This document shows, one piece after another, positions 54,076 to 64,000 of a DNA stretch of 64,000 nt (positions are counted from its first letter, which is position 1; the number at the start of each line of letters is the position of its first letter). The notes below the pieces were generated by a model. The model did not search any database. It saw only the letters and a list, made by a program, of their open reading frames with translations, and was not told the DNA's origin. A program made the translations under genes and the position numbers. The stretch spans positions 20,956,001 through 21,020,000 of the forward strand of contig OZ249444.1 of the NCBI GenBank assembly GCA_965235115.1. The letters run 5' to 3'. This DNA is from Laetmonice hystrix. Its lineage: Eukaryota.

Positions 54076-54620
54076 GACTCGCTAATAATCACGACATCGC
54101 CTCCAGTCCCTGGGTCCCATTTCTTGACTCGCTAATAATCACAACATCGCCTCCAGTCCATGGGTCCCATTTCTTGACTCGCTAATAATCACATCGCCTC
54201 CAGTCCCTGGGTCCCATTTCTTGACTCGCTAATAATCACGACATCGCCTCCAGTCCCTGGGTCCCATTTCTTGACTCGCTAATAATCACGACATCGCCTC
54301 CAGTCCATGGGTCCCATTTCTTGACTCGCTAATAATCACGACATCGCCTCCAGTCCATGGGTCCCATTTCTTGACTCGCTAATAATCACAACATCGCCTC
54401 CAGTCCATGGGTCCCATTTCTTGACTCGCTAATAATCACGACATCGCCTCCAGTCCATGGGTCCCATTTCTTGACTCGCTAATAATCACAACATCGCCTC
54501 CAGTCCCTGGGTCCCATTTCTTGACTCGCTAATAATCACAACATCGCCTCCAGTCCATGGGTCCCATTTCTTGACTCGCTAATAATCACGACATCGCCTC
54601 CAGTCCATGGGTCCCATTTC
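54076..54620. repeat. Minisatellite, 50-bp unit (gactcgctaataatcac[g/a]acatcgcctccagtcc[a/c]tgggtcccatttctt), ~11 copies
   Basis: gactcg recurs at 54076, 54126 and onward. One unit has a 3-bp deletion. Confidence 0.98.
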
Positions 54621-56025
54621 AATAATATTCCATGATCCACCCTATCCACCTGTGCGTCACAGACATACGATTTTCCTTGAAGAAAGGAAATTGATAAAAA
54701 AAAAAAAAGACACTTGTCCTTGACTCGTTAGGCCTATTCAGATTTCTATGATGATGGGCCTACGGTTTCTTCATTTCTGAATAATCTAAAGATATAACAT
54801 GCTGAGATGCCAAAGAACTGTAAGAGATCTATACTATACAGCCACAGAGAATTCTAAATTTCCCTAACATACTTTGACATCGAGAACAAAATCTAGCCAA
54901 CAGTGGTTCTGGTAATACAACAGCTGCGCTTTCCCACATCTTTAGAAATCTTTATCGAACCCTAGGCGGCATTACCGTGCAGTTCTGTGGAAATGTTCGT
55001 TTGATGAACTTAGATTAAAGATTTATAATGCGATAAACAACAGGAAAAACAATATAGTCATAACAAATGACTTTGTCACCAACCATTGTACTATTTTCTG
55101 GGAAATGACATTGAAAGGGAACATCCAAATCCGGTAAACGCGTTTAATTGCATCAAAAACATCCCCTGAGATTCATTCAGACTGGCGTCATAAACATCAT
55201 TAGGGCTGGCAATGTTGACATAGCCGCCACAATTGACAAAGTGGCCACCCGTTAGAGCGAAGTTTATCTCCTACTCACGACTACGACAACAACGGTGCGC
55301 ATCCGGGTACGCCCGGAAGTACTCATAGGACGCCGGGAACGTCACCGACAGGTGTAACGTGAAATAACGCCAATCGTACGTCATGACGGCCGGGTTATGA
55401 TCTAGGGTTTCCGCACTCATCCTGGCTAGTACCGGGTTTACAAACAAATGTTTGGGTGGCCCCTCCGATTAACAAATACCCTTACCCGGTAATCGATAAC
55501 ACTGATTGTCCCGAGTACAACATTATCTTTAAAATTAAATCATACGAGACACAATGCCCACATATTTAAAAAGTCCACCAGTTCTATATAATTATTGTCA
55601 CAAGAGGAGCGAGCACGATTCGGAACGCCGAGCCCTTTACGATGTACGAGCGAAGCGACCGGAAGTTGGGCCGAGGTTTTCCGAATGGAGCGAGCACCTG
55701 GCCCAATTTTTTGTTAACCGACAGTCCTTTGTCTTTAAGACGCCCTCTTTGCAAGAAGACAGGTTATATTCATACCTGGACCCTTTCATTCCACCCTTCA
55801 TGCCTTCACATCTTAACCAGTATTTTCTTTTATAACATCAGGTACAAAAGCTACAAGCCCCTAGAAAAAACATCAACTTCTCTTATATGGTTCAGACATT
55901 TGTCTACATACTTTATTACGGAGGTACTTCGCCTACAGACGGCCTGAATATACGTGGGCATACATATAAAACAGCTTCAGGCTAAGATCAAGGCTTCTCA
56001 CTGAATTATCATTTGGCCATTCCGT

Positions 56026-56036
56026 TTTATTTTATT
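56026..56036 (-). terminator. Candidate polyadenylation signal for ANKRD42 (two overlapping AATAAA on the - strand)
   Basis: The plus strand reads TTTATTTTATT, about 1 kb beyond the ANKRD42 stop. It is the nearest such signal I saw. Confidence 0.4.
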
Positions 56037-57057
56037 AACAAAGTTTCTATAAATCAACATGTATAATATTCGGAATCTTGGCAAGAAAACAGACAGATTC
56101 AGGAACTAGACTAGACAAGTACGTGTACACCATAATAATAATAATGCAAGTTAAAAAAAACTCCCTATCCCTATGACATGCTAGCATTTACTTTCCGAAA
56201 CCCACTGTCGTGATAGCCTGAGTGATTATCGTTGGCGCCATGTCAATTAAGAGCATTTTTTTAAATGCAATAAGCCGACCTCTTTTTAACAATCCTTTTT
56301 TAAAAAGTCATTAGAGCGGCAGCCCCTACCTCCTCGCAGTGACGTTTTAACAAGTCTCCCTTTTGTCATCCCTTCCTTTTTGTCAGCGAGGCCTATCGAA
56401 TGACACGTCACTGACAGAGATATGCCAAATATATTCACTTCAGGGACGCCAACAAAGATTCAACGAAATGATAAATGAAGGCTCGGGATTCGTATTACGT
56501 CATACAAGAACATAATTCCGACAAATTCGTTGGCAAAATGCCATACAAGTGAGCAGATAGACATTAAGATTCAATATGTATGAGATATCACGACCCATAT
56601 CGGTTCGCAATGTTATAAACTACATGGTTGCTTGCCGGCAAGATCATTTTGTGTTTAGTCCCACAAGGAAGACCATTTCTCAATAACTGAATAAATGGTT
56701 TGTAGCTGGTATCGGAATGCTGCTTGTACATACAGTTGTGGACAAGGCAATATATGGCAATACATTTATCCCTGGCCAATGTCAACGTAAAAAAAGGTTC
56801 AAATCCACAATGGCCATCGTTATGGTAACAAGAAAACCGCTCAGACGACCCAGGTGACTACTGTCAGGACAGTGGGAAAGGTTAGGACGGATGAAAACCT
56901 GAAACTATCGGCATGATGTTAACAAACGCCGGCACATTGTGTAAATTTTCTAAGTCAAAGACTAATCCCTAAAATTATTTAGTACAGGTCAACTGTCTAT
57001 AATTAGCTAACAGTTACTACTGTTCTCAAGAGGTAAATGCTGTCCTCAGACCAGAAC

Positions 57058-57192
57058 CTAAACGATTTTGTAATTGTTTTTCTTGACTGTTACGTTCCGA
57101 CGTATGAAAACACCGCCATCATCGCGTGTTGATTTCTTCTTCGACACCTTCTTTTTGGAGCTTCTATGGCCTTCCTGCGCCTCGTCGTCATA
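57058..57192 (-). CDS. ANKRD42: ANKRD42 orthologue terminal exon: YDDEAQEGHRSSKKKVSKKKSTRDDGGVFIRRNVTVKKNNYKIV*
   Basis: Strong acceptor ttttctcgttctttctcgccag| in phase 0. KKKV...GGVFIRR matches the recalled human C-terminus KKKVSSGGVFVRRY. Confidence 0.85.
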   Translation of the reverse strand, partial: YDDEAQEGHRSSKKKVSKKKSTRDDGGVFIRRNVTVKKNNYKIV

Positions 57193-58185
57193 CTGGCGAG
57201 AAAGAACGAGAAAACATAACACGTTGTCGTTAGAAAATTCGTCTCTTTTGGAATTGTATTTACTGTGATGGAAAGAGGAAAAAAACACATATCTGGATGA
57301 GATGTCAACACAGATACGTGTACATGTACATATATGATTAGTCCTCAAAGAAAAAAAACACACCATAAACCGTACCAGGACGCTGGAGTAAGAGGGCTCC
57401 AGTATTTCACAACAGTTCTATGGGACATTACTTCCTTCAGTCTTTTAAACAGTCAATTTACGATTGTTGTGGTTCATGTTGTCAAAATGAATCATTTCTG
57501 TACGTCTGCCATAAAAATACAAATTAAAACCCAAATCTTTGCAGCTGGGCGTAATTTAATAGTAGATTTTTGTTTTACTTGACGTATTTTATTTTTTCAC
57601 TGTGAACACAAGGCCAAACAGGAACCAAAAGTAGAAAACTTGGCAGTAATCTACGATGCTACAACAAGGTTGATTATCCTTGTCTGAAGGTGGATTAAAA
57701 GCCAACTTTAAAAAATGACGGTTTACACCGGTCTGAGAGATTTAATCGAAACTTTGTTTGTCATTTCCTGTAGATTCAATCAATCTGGTTCGTTATCAAC
57801 AGATTTCTCCCCTAATGCGTCCGTCTGGGCTCGTCCGAGTACGAAACTTTAATCATGGCCGAGGGCTAGCTCCGTGGCTGATTGATGACGTGGCCATGGA
57901 CATTCTGTGAAGCGCGCAGTTGGCGCTCAGCTCATCATTATTATATGAACCTGATGAATTGAGCACTACTGATGACAAGCAGGCTGCTTGTATATTAAAA
58001 ACTAAACAGGAGAGAAGCAAAAAAAGAGAAGTAGAGAGAGAATTCAAGGGAGAGAGCGAGTGATCTGACTAGAGAATGGAACACGAGGAATGCGCTAGAA
58101 AGACACAACTTCATTTCAGAATTAAACTTTGCCATGTTATTTGCTGGTTTATACTTTGGTAGGTGTTAAAGGCACAATGACCTAC

Positions 58186-58327
58186 CACTGACAGCTGCCG
58201 GGTGTAAGACTCGTCCAGCCGGGACTGCAGGTACGCCATCTCGCGGCGATATTCGTCCAGCTGGGCCTCCAACCTCTCCCGTCGTAGACGCTCGTGCTCG
58301 AGCTGCGTCTCCAACTCCTGAATCGTC
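58186..58327 (-). CDS. ANKRD42: ANKRD42 orthologue coiled-coil exon: (R)TIQELETQLEHERLRRERLEAQLDEYRREMAYLQSRLDESYTRQLSV
   Basis: Acceptor gcacgactttcag| and donor GTG|gtaggt; 142 nt, phase 2/0. It is near-identical to the recalled human ANKRD42 motif TIKELQGQLEYERLRREKLECQLDEYR. Confidence 0.92.
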
Positions 58328-59185
58328 CTGAAAGTCGTGCATAATAATATATCATCAAACTCAAGAGATACTAGGCGTATAGTTTTCAACTCCCACGATA
58401 AGATACACAAATATATCATTTAAAATAAAGAACTCCTTGTTCTGAGCATCTTGGGGGGGGGGGGGGGTCACTACCGTTCACTTGGAGAATGATATCGGGA
58501 TGTTAAGGTATAGAGTTTCCCATCCGTGACCTATAGTCACACTCCCTCGGCCCGACGTTCGACTACAATAGAGTTTTTAACATTCTAAATCCAGTACACA
58601 CACATGAAATCTACCTGGGACAAGGGCAGACAGTATATTACATTATGCAATGAACAGGAGGAGGTGATGGTAGATGCCTTAAAGACAAAGCAGCAAGTAT
58701 CCATAGCAATCCATAGACCCTTAGCATCTATACGTATCAAACGACTGACTATAAAAGATCATGTTATAAAGTGGAGGCTGTTCCCCGGTTATAATTCCTT
58801 TCTGATTATCACTTTAATTGGCATCGACCAATCCATACTAAAACACACCGTCTTTTCACTCTTCATATTATATCGCTCTTAGCTTCTGTAATAAACAGGG
58901 GGAAATCCCTCAGAGTAACTTTAAACGTTTCATTAAATATTTACCGTGTCTAGCGATACATTCCTGTACTGGCCAGCGTGGCCGTGCCAGGAGCCGGTAC
59001 AGATATTTGTGACATACGAGGAGTCGGCGTCACTTCGTATATCAACATCGAGCTCCAGGAATCCCCCTTCATTGCCCTGTACTCGCGAAACACGCCCAGA
59101 CTATATCACAATGATATGACATTGATGTGCCTTTGGTACGATAATTTAAAATTGGATTTTGATCGTACGGTTCCCCAACAGCCAG

Positions 59186-59338
59186 GGTATTATCAAAGCG
59201 GTCAGTTTTTCTGGTAAACTGGAGGATACCGGGGAAACCCACCGATCATACAGCAGGTAATTGAGAAACAAGCTTACATCTGGTTCGAGGGGGATTCGCA
59301 CCCAGAGGGGAGAGGTCTTGTGGTCATGAGTTGAAACA
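59186..59338 (-). mobile_element. tRNA-derived SINE relic
   Basis: The minus strand has a B-box-like ggtgcgaatccc followed by gatcggtgggtttccccggtatcctccagtttaccagaaaaactgaccgc. This resembles the conserved central/3' domains of invertebrate SINEs as I recall them. Confidence 0.6.
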
Positions 59339-60904
59339 TTAAGGCAGGTTCACACTGAGGATTTCCCCCGGGTAATACCCGGTAGAACCTGACCTAAGAC
59401 TACTGATCCACCGCGGCCCCCTCTGTACTGAAACGGGCGTTCATTGCAGAGATCGGGACCAAGACCATGCAGCGCGGGTTATTTACTCATGACATCTTGA
59501 TTGATGTGTTGTGTGGTCAATAGATGTGTCCAGAACTCACTCAGTCATCATATCATTAACGACCACCATAGGCAATTAACGATTGATGAGCACAAGCATA
59601 GGTACGTCAGGTATTGAAACAGCCTCTTTGTCAAGACCTGTTCCAGTAGAAACCTCTATAATAACAAGTTCTGATAAACAGCAATGAGATAGCAACGGCG
59701 AGAGTTGATGGGCAGGCGTTTCGTAATCAGCAAGGCGATGTTTATGAGGTGAGAAAACTACAGGTGGTGAATGTTCATAAACATACTCACATGCTTGTGT
59801 AACTATATCTAGAGGTCAAAATCAGGAAAGCGGATTCTAATTACATGTTTTTTGTATGAAGTGAGCTAGAAATATGACTAATCTACAATAAAGATTTCAC
59901 AGAGAATGTAAAATGTTAAAGCCTTAGTGGGCTGCGATCTAGTGTGAACCTAGTTAATGACGCTTCCCTTCAAACCCACCTAATCCAAACGACGATATGG
60001 ACTCCTAAGTTATAGTATTTTTAACGGTATCACCATACCCGACCATATTCTTGGGTGTAGCGTGTCAGTCAACTCTTAATAATAATTCAAATGTTGATAT
60101 AAACTTGATAATACATGCAGTCGAATATCCAGGGAAGGAATGCCTTCCTCGTGGATGAAGATAGCATCTGGTGAAATAAATAAACATATTCAAATATTCG
60201 AAACGCTTACTGTTTCAGCTTTTCTTTAGATCAATCAATGGCAGTACATGACTCGTTAGACCAGGGATAGGTGAGAGGGGCACATGTTTTCTAAATATCA
60301 GACAGAGATCGTTATTCTTTCACAATTATAGTTCTAACATGCTCGACCTTGATAACTCCCCCCCCCCCCCCCCGATCTAACTCCACTACCTTTGTCTGTA
60401 GTCCCAGTGATCTCGGAGTATCTCTACATAATCAAAGTGTTATACAGTGGCATGCCATGACTCTCAAAAGTTTTCTCCGTGTTTTTTCATTGTGTCTGAC
60501 TGTGTTTGTATGAATGTTTTAATAGCTGGATAATGCAGTGTGCGCGACATTATATCAGTTGAAAAACAAAATAAAATCTTAACCACGATGCTTAAATATT
60601 GATACATGTACTTAAAGCAAAGGCACTAACTGCGGGACTCACTCTCTCAATTTAGACTGTGTTGGGGGTAACCCGTGGTAGCCGTCAGTTGCATAGCCGC
60701 TAATGATAAATAAAAGATATTAGAGAAGATACTGGGATACAGTAAATCGGTAAGTTGACAAGGCGATCCGAGAACCACCCTACTATAATAACAGTCTCCC
60801 TGCCTTCAAAATCAGCATTTATCAACGTCACTCAACATTAGCATGTACATGTACATGACTTTTGTGTTGAGGGCAAAGGTCAAGGGTCAGGGGTCAGTAG
60901 CTAC

Positions 60905-61031
60905 CTTTGGTTGTCTCGGTCCTCCCGTAGCCGTTGTCGGTCCTCAGTTAGCGTCCCGCCCAGCTGTACGTAGTTTTTCTTGGATATCTCCAGTAGTCTG
61001 TTCAAGTCCTCCACCTTCTTCTTGGCACGAC
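60905..61031 (-). CDS. ANKRD42: ANKRD42 orthologue exon: (G)RAKKKVEDLNRLLEISKKNYVQLGGTLTEDRQRLREDRDNQ(R)
   Basis: Acceptor ttctgttgtcgtacag| and donor AG|gtagct; 127 nt, phase 1/2. It matches my recollection of the human ANKRD42 C-terminal segment RAYKKIVELRHLLEIAESNYKHLGG. No database search was run. Confidence 0.88.
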
Positions 61032-61256
61032 CTGTACGACAACAGAACAGCAACAATTACAAGTCAGAAAGTTGCACGAAGTTTTTGAAGAATGAAGAAT
61101 ACGTGAAGAAGACAATAACTGCCTATACTTTTTTTAAACTTTTATTTTACCTTTTTCCCCCAATTCGAAGTTTTCAAGATTTCGGAGCGATTTAATGGAA
61201 TTATGATGCTATTGTTACGAACTTCTCCGTTTGGAAAAGTTCATTTGGAAACTTAC

Positions 61257-61385
61257 CCCTAGCTTCCTTCATCTCCCGTCGACTCATAGCGACCGAGTCG
61301 CCTTCCGTGTTGCCGGCCGCCGGCCACGATCCCTCCTCGTCTGCCTCGAGCGCATCGGCCCCGCACAACCGCTCACTCTCCGAAT
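61257..61385 (-). CDS. ANKRD42: ANKRD42 orthologue exon: (D)SESERLCGADALEADEEGSWPAAGNTEGDSVAMSRREMKEAR(G)
   Basis: Acceptor ttttttcacggggctaag| and donor G|gtaagt. The 129-nt exon is phase 1/1 and GC-rich against AT-rich flanks. Confidence 0.85.
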
Positions 61386-61474
61386 CTTAGCCCCGTGAAA
61401 AAAATCATTTATTTCTAAATAAACATGTGTCATATTGAACATCATTGAATCGTAAGGTAATAAATATCTATGTA

Positions 61475-61651
61475 CAGGGTTTCCTGCAGGCTTTTTTGGG
61501 GAGGGGGGAGACCCCCCCCCCCATTATTCAGCTACTCCCCCCAAAAATTTCCAGGGGGAAATATTTTGCATTAATCTCCCCCCCCCCCCCCAAACTCGCA
61601 CCATCCCCCCCCCCCCCCCCCCCCAAAGTCGAAAATCTCCAGGAAACCCTG
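61475..61651. mobile_element. hAT-like MITE, copy 2 (perfect 12-bp TIR cagggtttcctg/caggaaaccctg, 5-bp TSD ATGTA), in an ANKRD42 intron
   Basis: The TIRs and the ATGTA flanks (61470-61474, 61652-61656) are read directly. It is homologous to 12116-12280. Confidence 0.9.
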
Positions 61652-62442
61652 ATGTACTCTTCCATTTCTTTATTTTTCTTTCGATTTCCCTTATTTTGGT
61701 CTAATGGAAGGTCATAGCAGGTGTCTCACAATTTGCTTCAAATTTAGAAAACTGTCACGCTGCATGAGACCACAGATCCGGAGAACACTTTGGCTGATGA
61801 AACTTACAGAAAACGATCACAAGACCTCCCTATTTAGACTTTAAAAATATTTAGCTATTCATCTTTTCAAAGTTGTTGTATTCCTTAAATGTAGGCAGGC
61901 CATAATATATCATAGCCCGCCTTGGACGGAACGGCTCTCTTACTCTCTTTAACTCGACCCCGACCAAGGAACCACATGACCTCTGGTTGACCCCTTGATC
62001 TTTCCGCTGCCGAGTCACGTGACCTCTTCTTTGGTCGCAGCCAGCCTCGGAAGCCCCCCTCCCCCTTGATCTAGCCGGGGTGAGTGGTGGGGTGGGGGTA
62101 TAGGGTAGGGGGTGATGAGCGATGGGTAGTTGCCATTGACCACCCCCTGCCTCCTTTAACTTGGCCTCTATCTGTCAGCTCAAACAGCCGCCACCATGCC
62201 CGACCTGGCCTTGTGTTTCTATTTCAGTTCGTGCTCGATGCCGTTTTGGGCGTACGATGATTAGGTACCATACGACCCGCCACCGAGATCGGAGTGGGGT
62301 GGAGAGACGGGGTGCTGGATCGGGAAGACGTGAGGCTATATATAGATAGGGTAATTTCACATGGGGGGAGGGGCTCGGAGGGGGGGGGGTTGTGTTGTCT
62401 CTAAGCTCCCGTTCTCACACTCTTACGATCCTCCATCTGTGG

Positions 62443-63506
62443 CGTGACGTATACAGTGAGATAACCCTTGACGTATACAGTGAGATAACCCGTGACGTAT
62501 ACAGTGAGATAACCCGTGACGTATACAGTGAGATAACCCGTGACGTATACAGTAAGATAACCCTTGACGTATACAGTGAGATAACCCGTGACGTATACAG
62601 TGAGATAACCCTTGACGTATACAGTGAGATAACCCGTGACGTATACAGTGAGATAACCCGTGACGTATACAGTGAGATAACCCGTGACGTATACAGTGAG
62701 ATAACCCTTGACGTATACAGTGAGATAACCCTTGACGTATACAGTGAGATAACCCGTGACGTATACAGTGAGATAACCCGTCACGTATACAGTGAGATAA
62801 CCCTTGACGTATACAGTGAGATAACCCGTCACGTATACAGTGAGATAACCCGTCACGTGTACAGTGAGATAACCCGTCACGTATACAGTGAGATAACCCG
62901 TCACGTATACAGTGAGATAACCCGTCACGTATACAGTGAGATAACCCGTCACGTATACAGTGAGATAACCCGTCACGTGTACAGTGAGATAACCCGTCAC
63001 GTGTACAGTGAGATAACCCGTCACGTGTACAGTGAGATAACCCGTGACGTATACAGTGAGATAACCCGTCACGTATACAGTGAGATAACCCGTCACGTAT
63101 ACAGTGACATAACCCGTGACGTATACAGTGAGATAACCCGTCATGTATACAGTGAGATAACCCGTCACGTATACAGTGAGATAACCCGTCACGTATACAG
63201 TGAGATAACCCGTCACGTGTACAGTGAGATAACCCGTCACGTGTACAGTGAGATAACCCGTGACGTATACAGTGAGATAACCCGTCACGTATACAGTGAG
63301 ATAACCCGTGACGTGTACATGAGATAACCCGTCACGTATACAGTGAGATAACCCGTCACGTATACAGTGAGATAACCCGTCACGTATACAGTGAGATAAC
63401 CCGTCACGTATACAGTGAGATAACCCGTCACGTATACAGTGAGATAACCCGTCACGTATACAGTGAGATAACCCGTCACGTATACAGTGAGATAACCCTT
63501 GACGTG
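62443..63506. repeat. Minisatellite, 24-bp unit (cgt[g/c]acgtatacagtgagataacc), ~44 copies, in an ANKRD42 intron
   Basis: Direct reading. It generates the 311-aa and 389-aa repeat ORFs. Confidence 0.99.
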
Positions 63507-63624
63507 TCACATCCTGATTGATAGTGAACGTGGCGCCAAGGTGTCGGCGTGTGCCGACAACTAGCACCACATCCTGCTAGGGGGCGCTGACAGGAGAGGT
63601 TGTGCAGAGGCAAAGTTTGCATAC

Positions 63625-63750
63625 CGTCGTCTTCACCTTCGTCCTCTTTGTCCTCTTCCCTGTCCTCTCCACCGCCTTCTTCAGACCGGGACCGGCGGTT
63701 CTTCTTGGTTTTGTTACCTTTACGTGACCTCCGATAAAATTCTTCATCCT
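63625..63750 (-). CDS. ANKRD42: ANKRD42 orthologue, internal exon (basic then acidic low-complexity linker): (E)DEEFYRRSRKGNKTKKNRRSRSEEGGGEDREEDKEDEGEDD(D)
   Basis: Minus-strand acceptor ttccctacag| and donor G|gtatgc. The 126-nt exon is phase 1/1 and in frame with the next exon. The assignment comes from the downstream exons. Confidence 0.75.
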
Positions 63751-64000
63751 CTGTAGGGAAAGTATACAACTTATGGTGAAAACACATTTATATGCCTATA
63801 TAGGGAGTGCTTCAAAGTGTTGATCTAAATTGTCACTTCCACTATTAAGAATACTCATCGTAGATTACATTCAGCACTCGATTGGCCTGCAGCGAGTGTC
63901 AAAACGGCTGGATTAGGCCAGTTTTTATGTATACATCTCGGTGGCGTACCCAGAAACTGGACCCAGGGGGGTGCTGGAAATAACCAACGTCGTATAGCCG

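Noticed and set aside
59290-59338. tRNA gene
   Set aside because: Only a degenerate B-box is present and no cloverleaf can be built. It is better explained as a SINE head.
59339-59957. Harbinger-like element bounded by aggttcacact inverted repeats
   Set aside because: The match is only 11 bp, the outermost TIR bases disagree, and an alternative pairing at 59385-59397 is equally plausible, so the boundaries cannot be fixed.
5156-63506. Tandem arrays with 24-50-bp units as possible CRISPR arrays
   Set aside because: The units are head-to-tail with no unique spacers, there are no cas genes, and the context is eukaryotic.
62392-63570. 311-aa (+) and 389-aa (-) ORFs, the longest in the track
   Set aside because: Both are translations of a 24-bp minisatellite (unit divisible by 3) inside an ANKRD42 intron. 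They have near-cognate starts and no unique domain.

Overview
Eukaryotic (metazoan invertebrate) genomic DNA, not prokaryotic. It has GT-AG introns, long poly-G/poly-C tracts, frequent TAGGCCTA and many MITEs and minisatellites. An echinoderm or other invertebrate deuterostome is my inference from sequence style only. Two convergent spliced genes can be assembled by hand with consistent splice phases. (1) A + strand gene with 7 visible coding exons (23059-49680; the 5' exon(s) were not found) encodes about 418 aa: four divergent internal repeats of a ~100-aa module plus a C-terminal tail-anchor helix. I cannot name it. (2) The 3' five coding exons of an ANKRD42 orthologue lie on the - strand (63750-57058). 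The rest is intronic/intergenic: nine unrelated tandem arrays (units 24-103 bp, about 6 kb in total, several with higher-order block duplications), several non-autonomous DNA transposons with identifiable TIRs and TSDs (Harbinger-like, hAT-like with a 5-bp TSD, Kolobok-like, Tc1/mariner-like), a tRNA-SINE relic, CTCF/ETS/CRE/CCAAT motif clusters and a 147-N assembly gap. There is no CRISPR array, rRNA, intact tRNA or intact transposase/RT ORF. The two longest ORFs in the track are artefacts of a 24-bp minisatellite. I found no clear novel multi-component system. The best leads are the uncharacterised four-repeat tail-anchored protein and a MITE carrying five CCAAT boxes separated by 24-bp palindromes.
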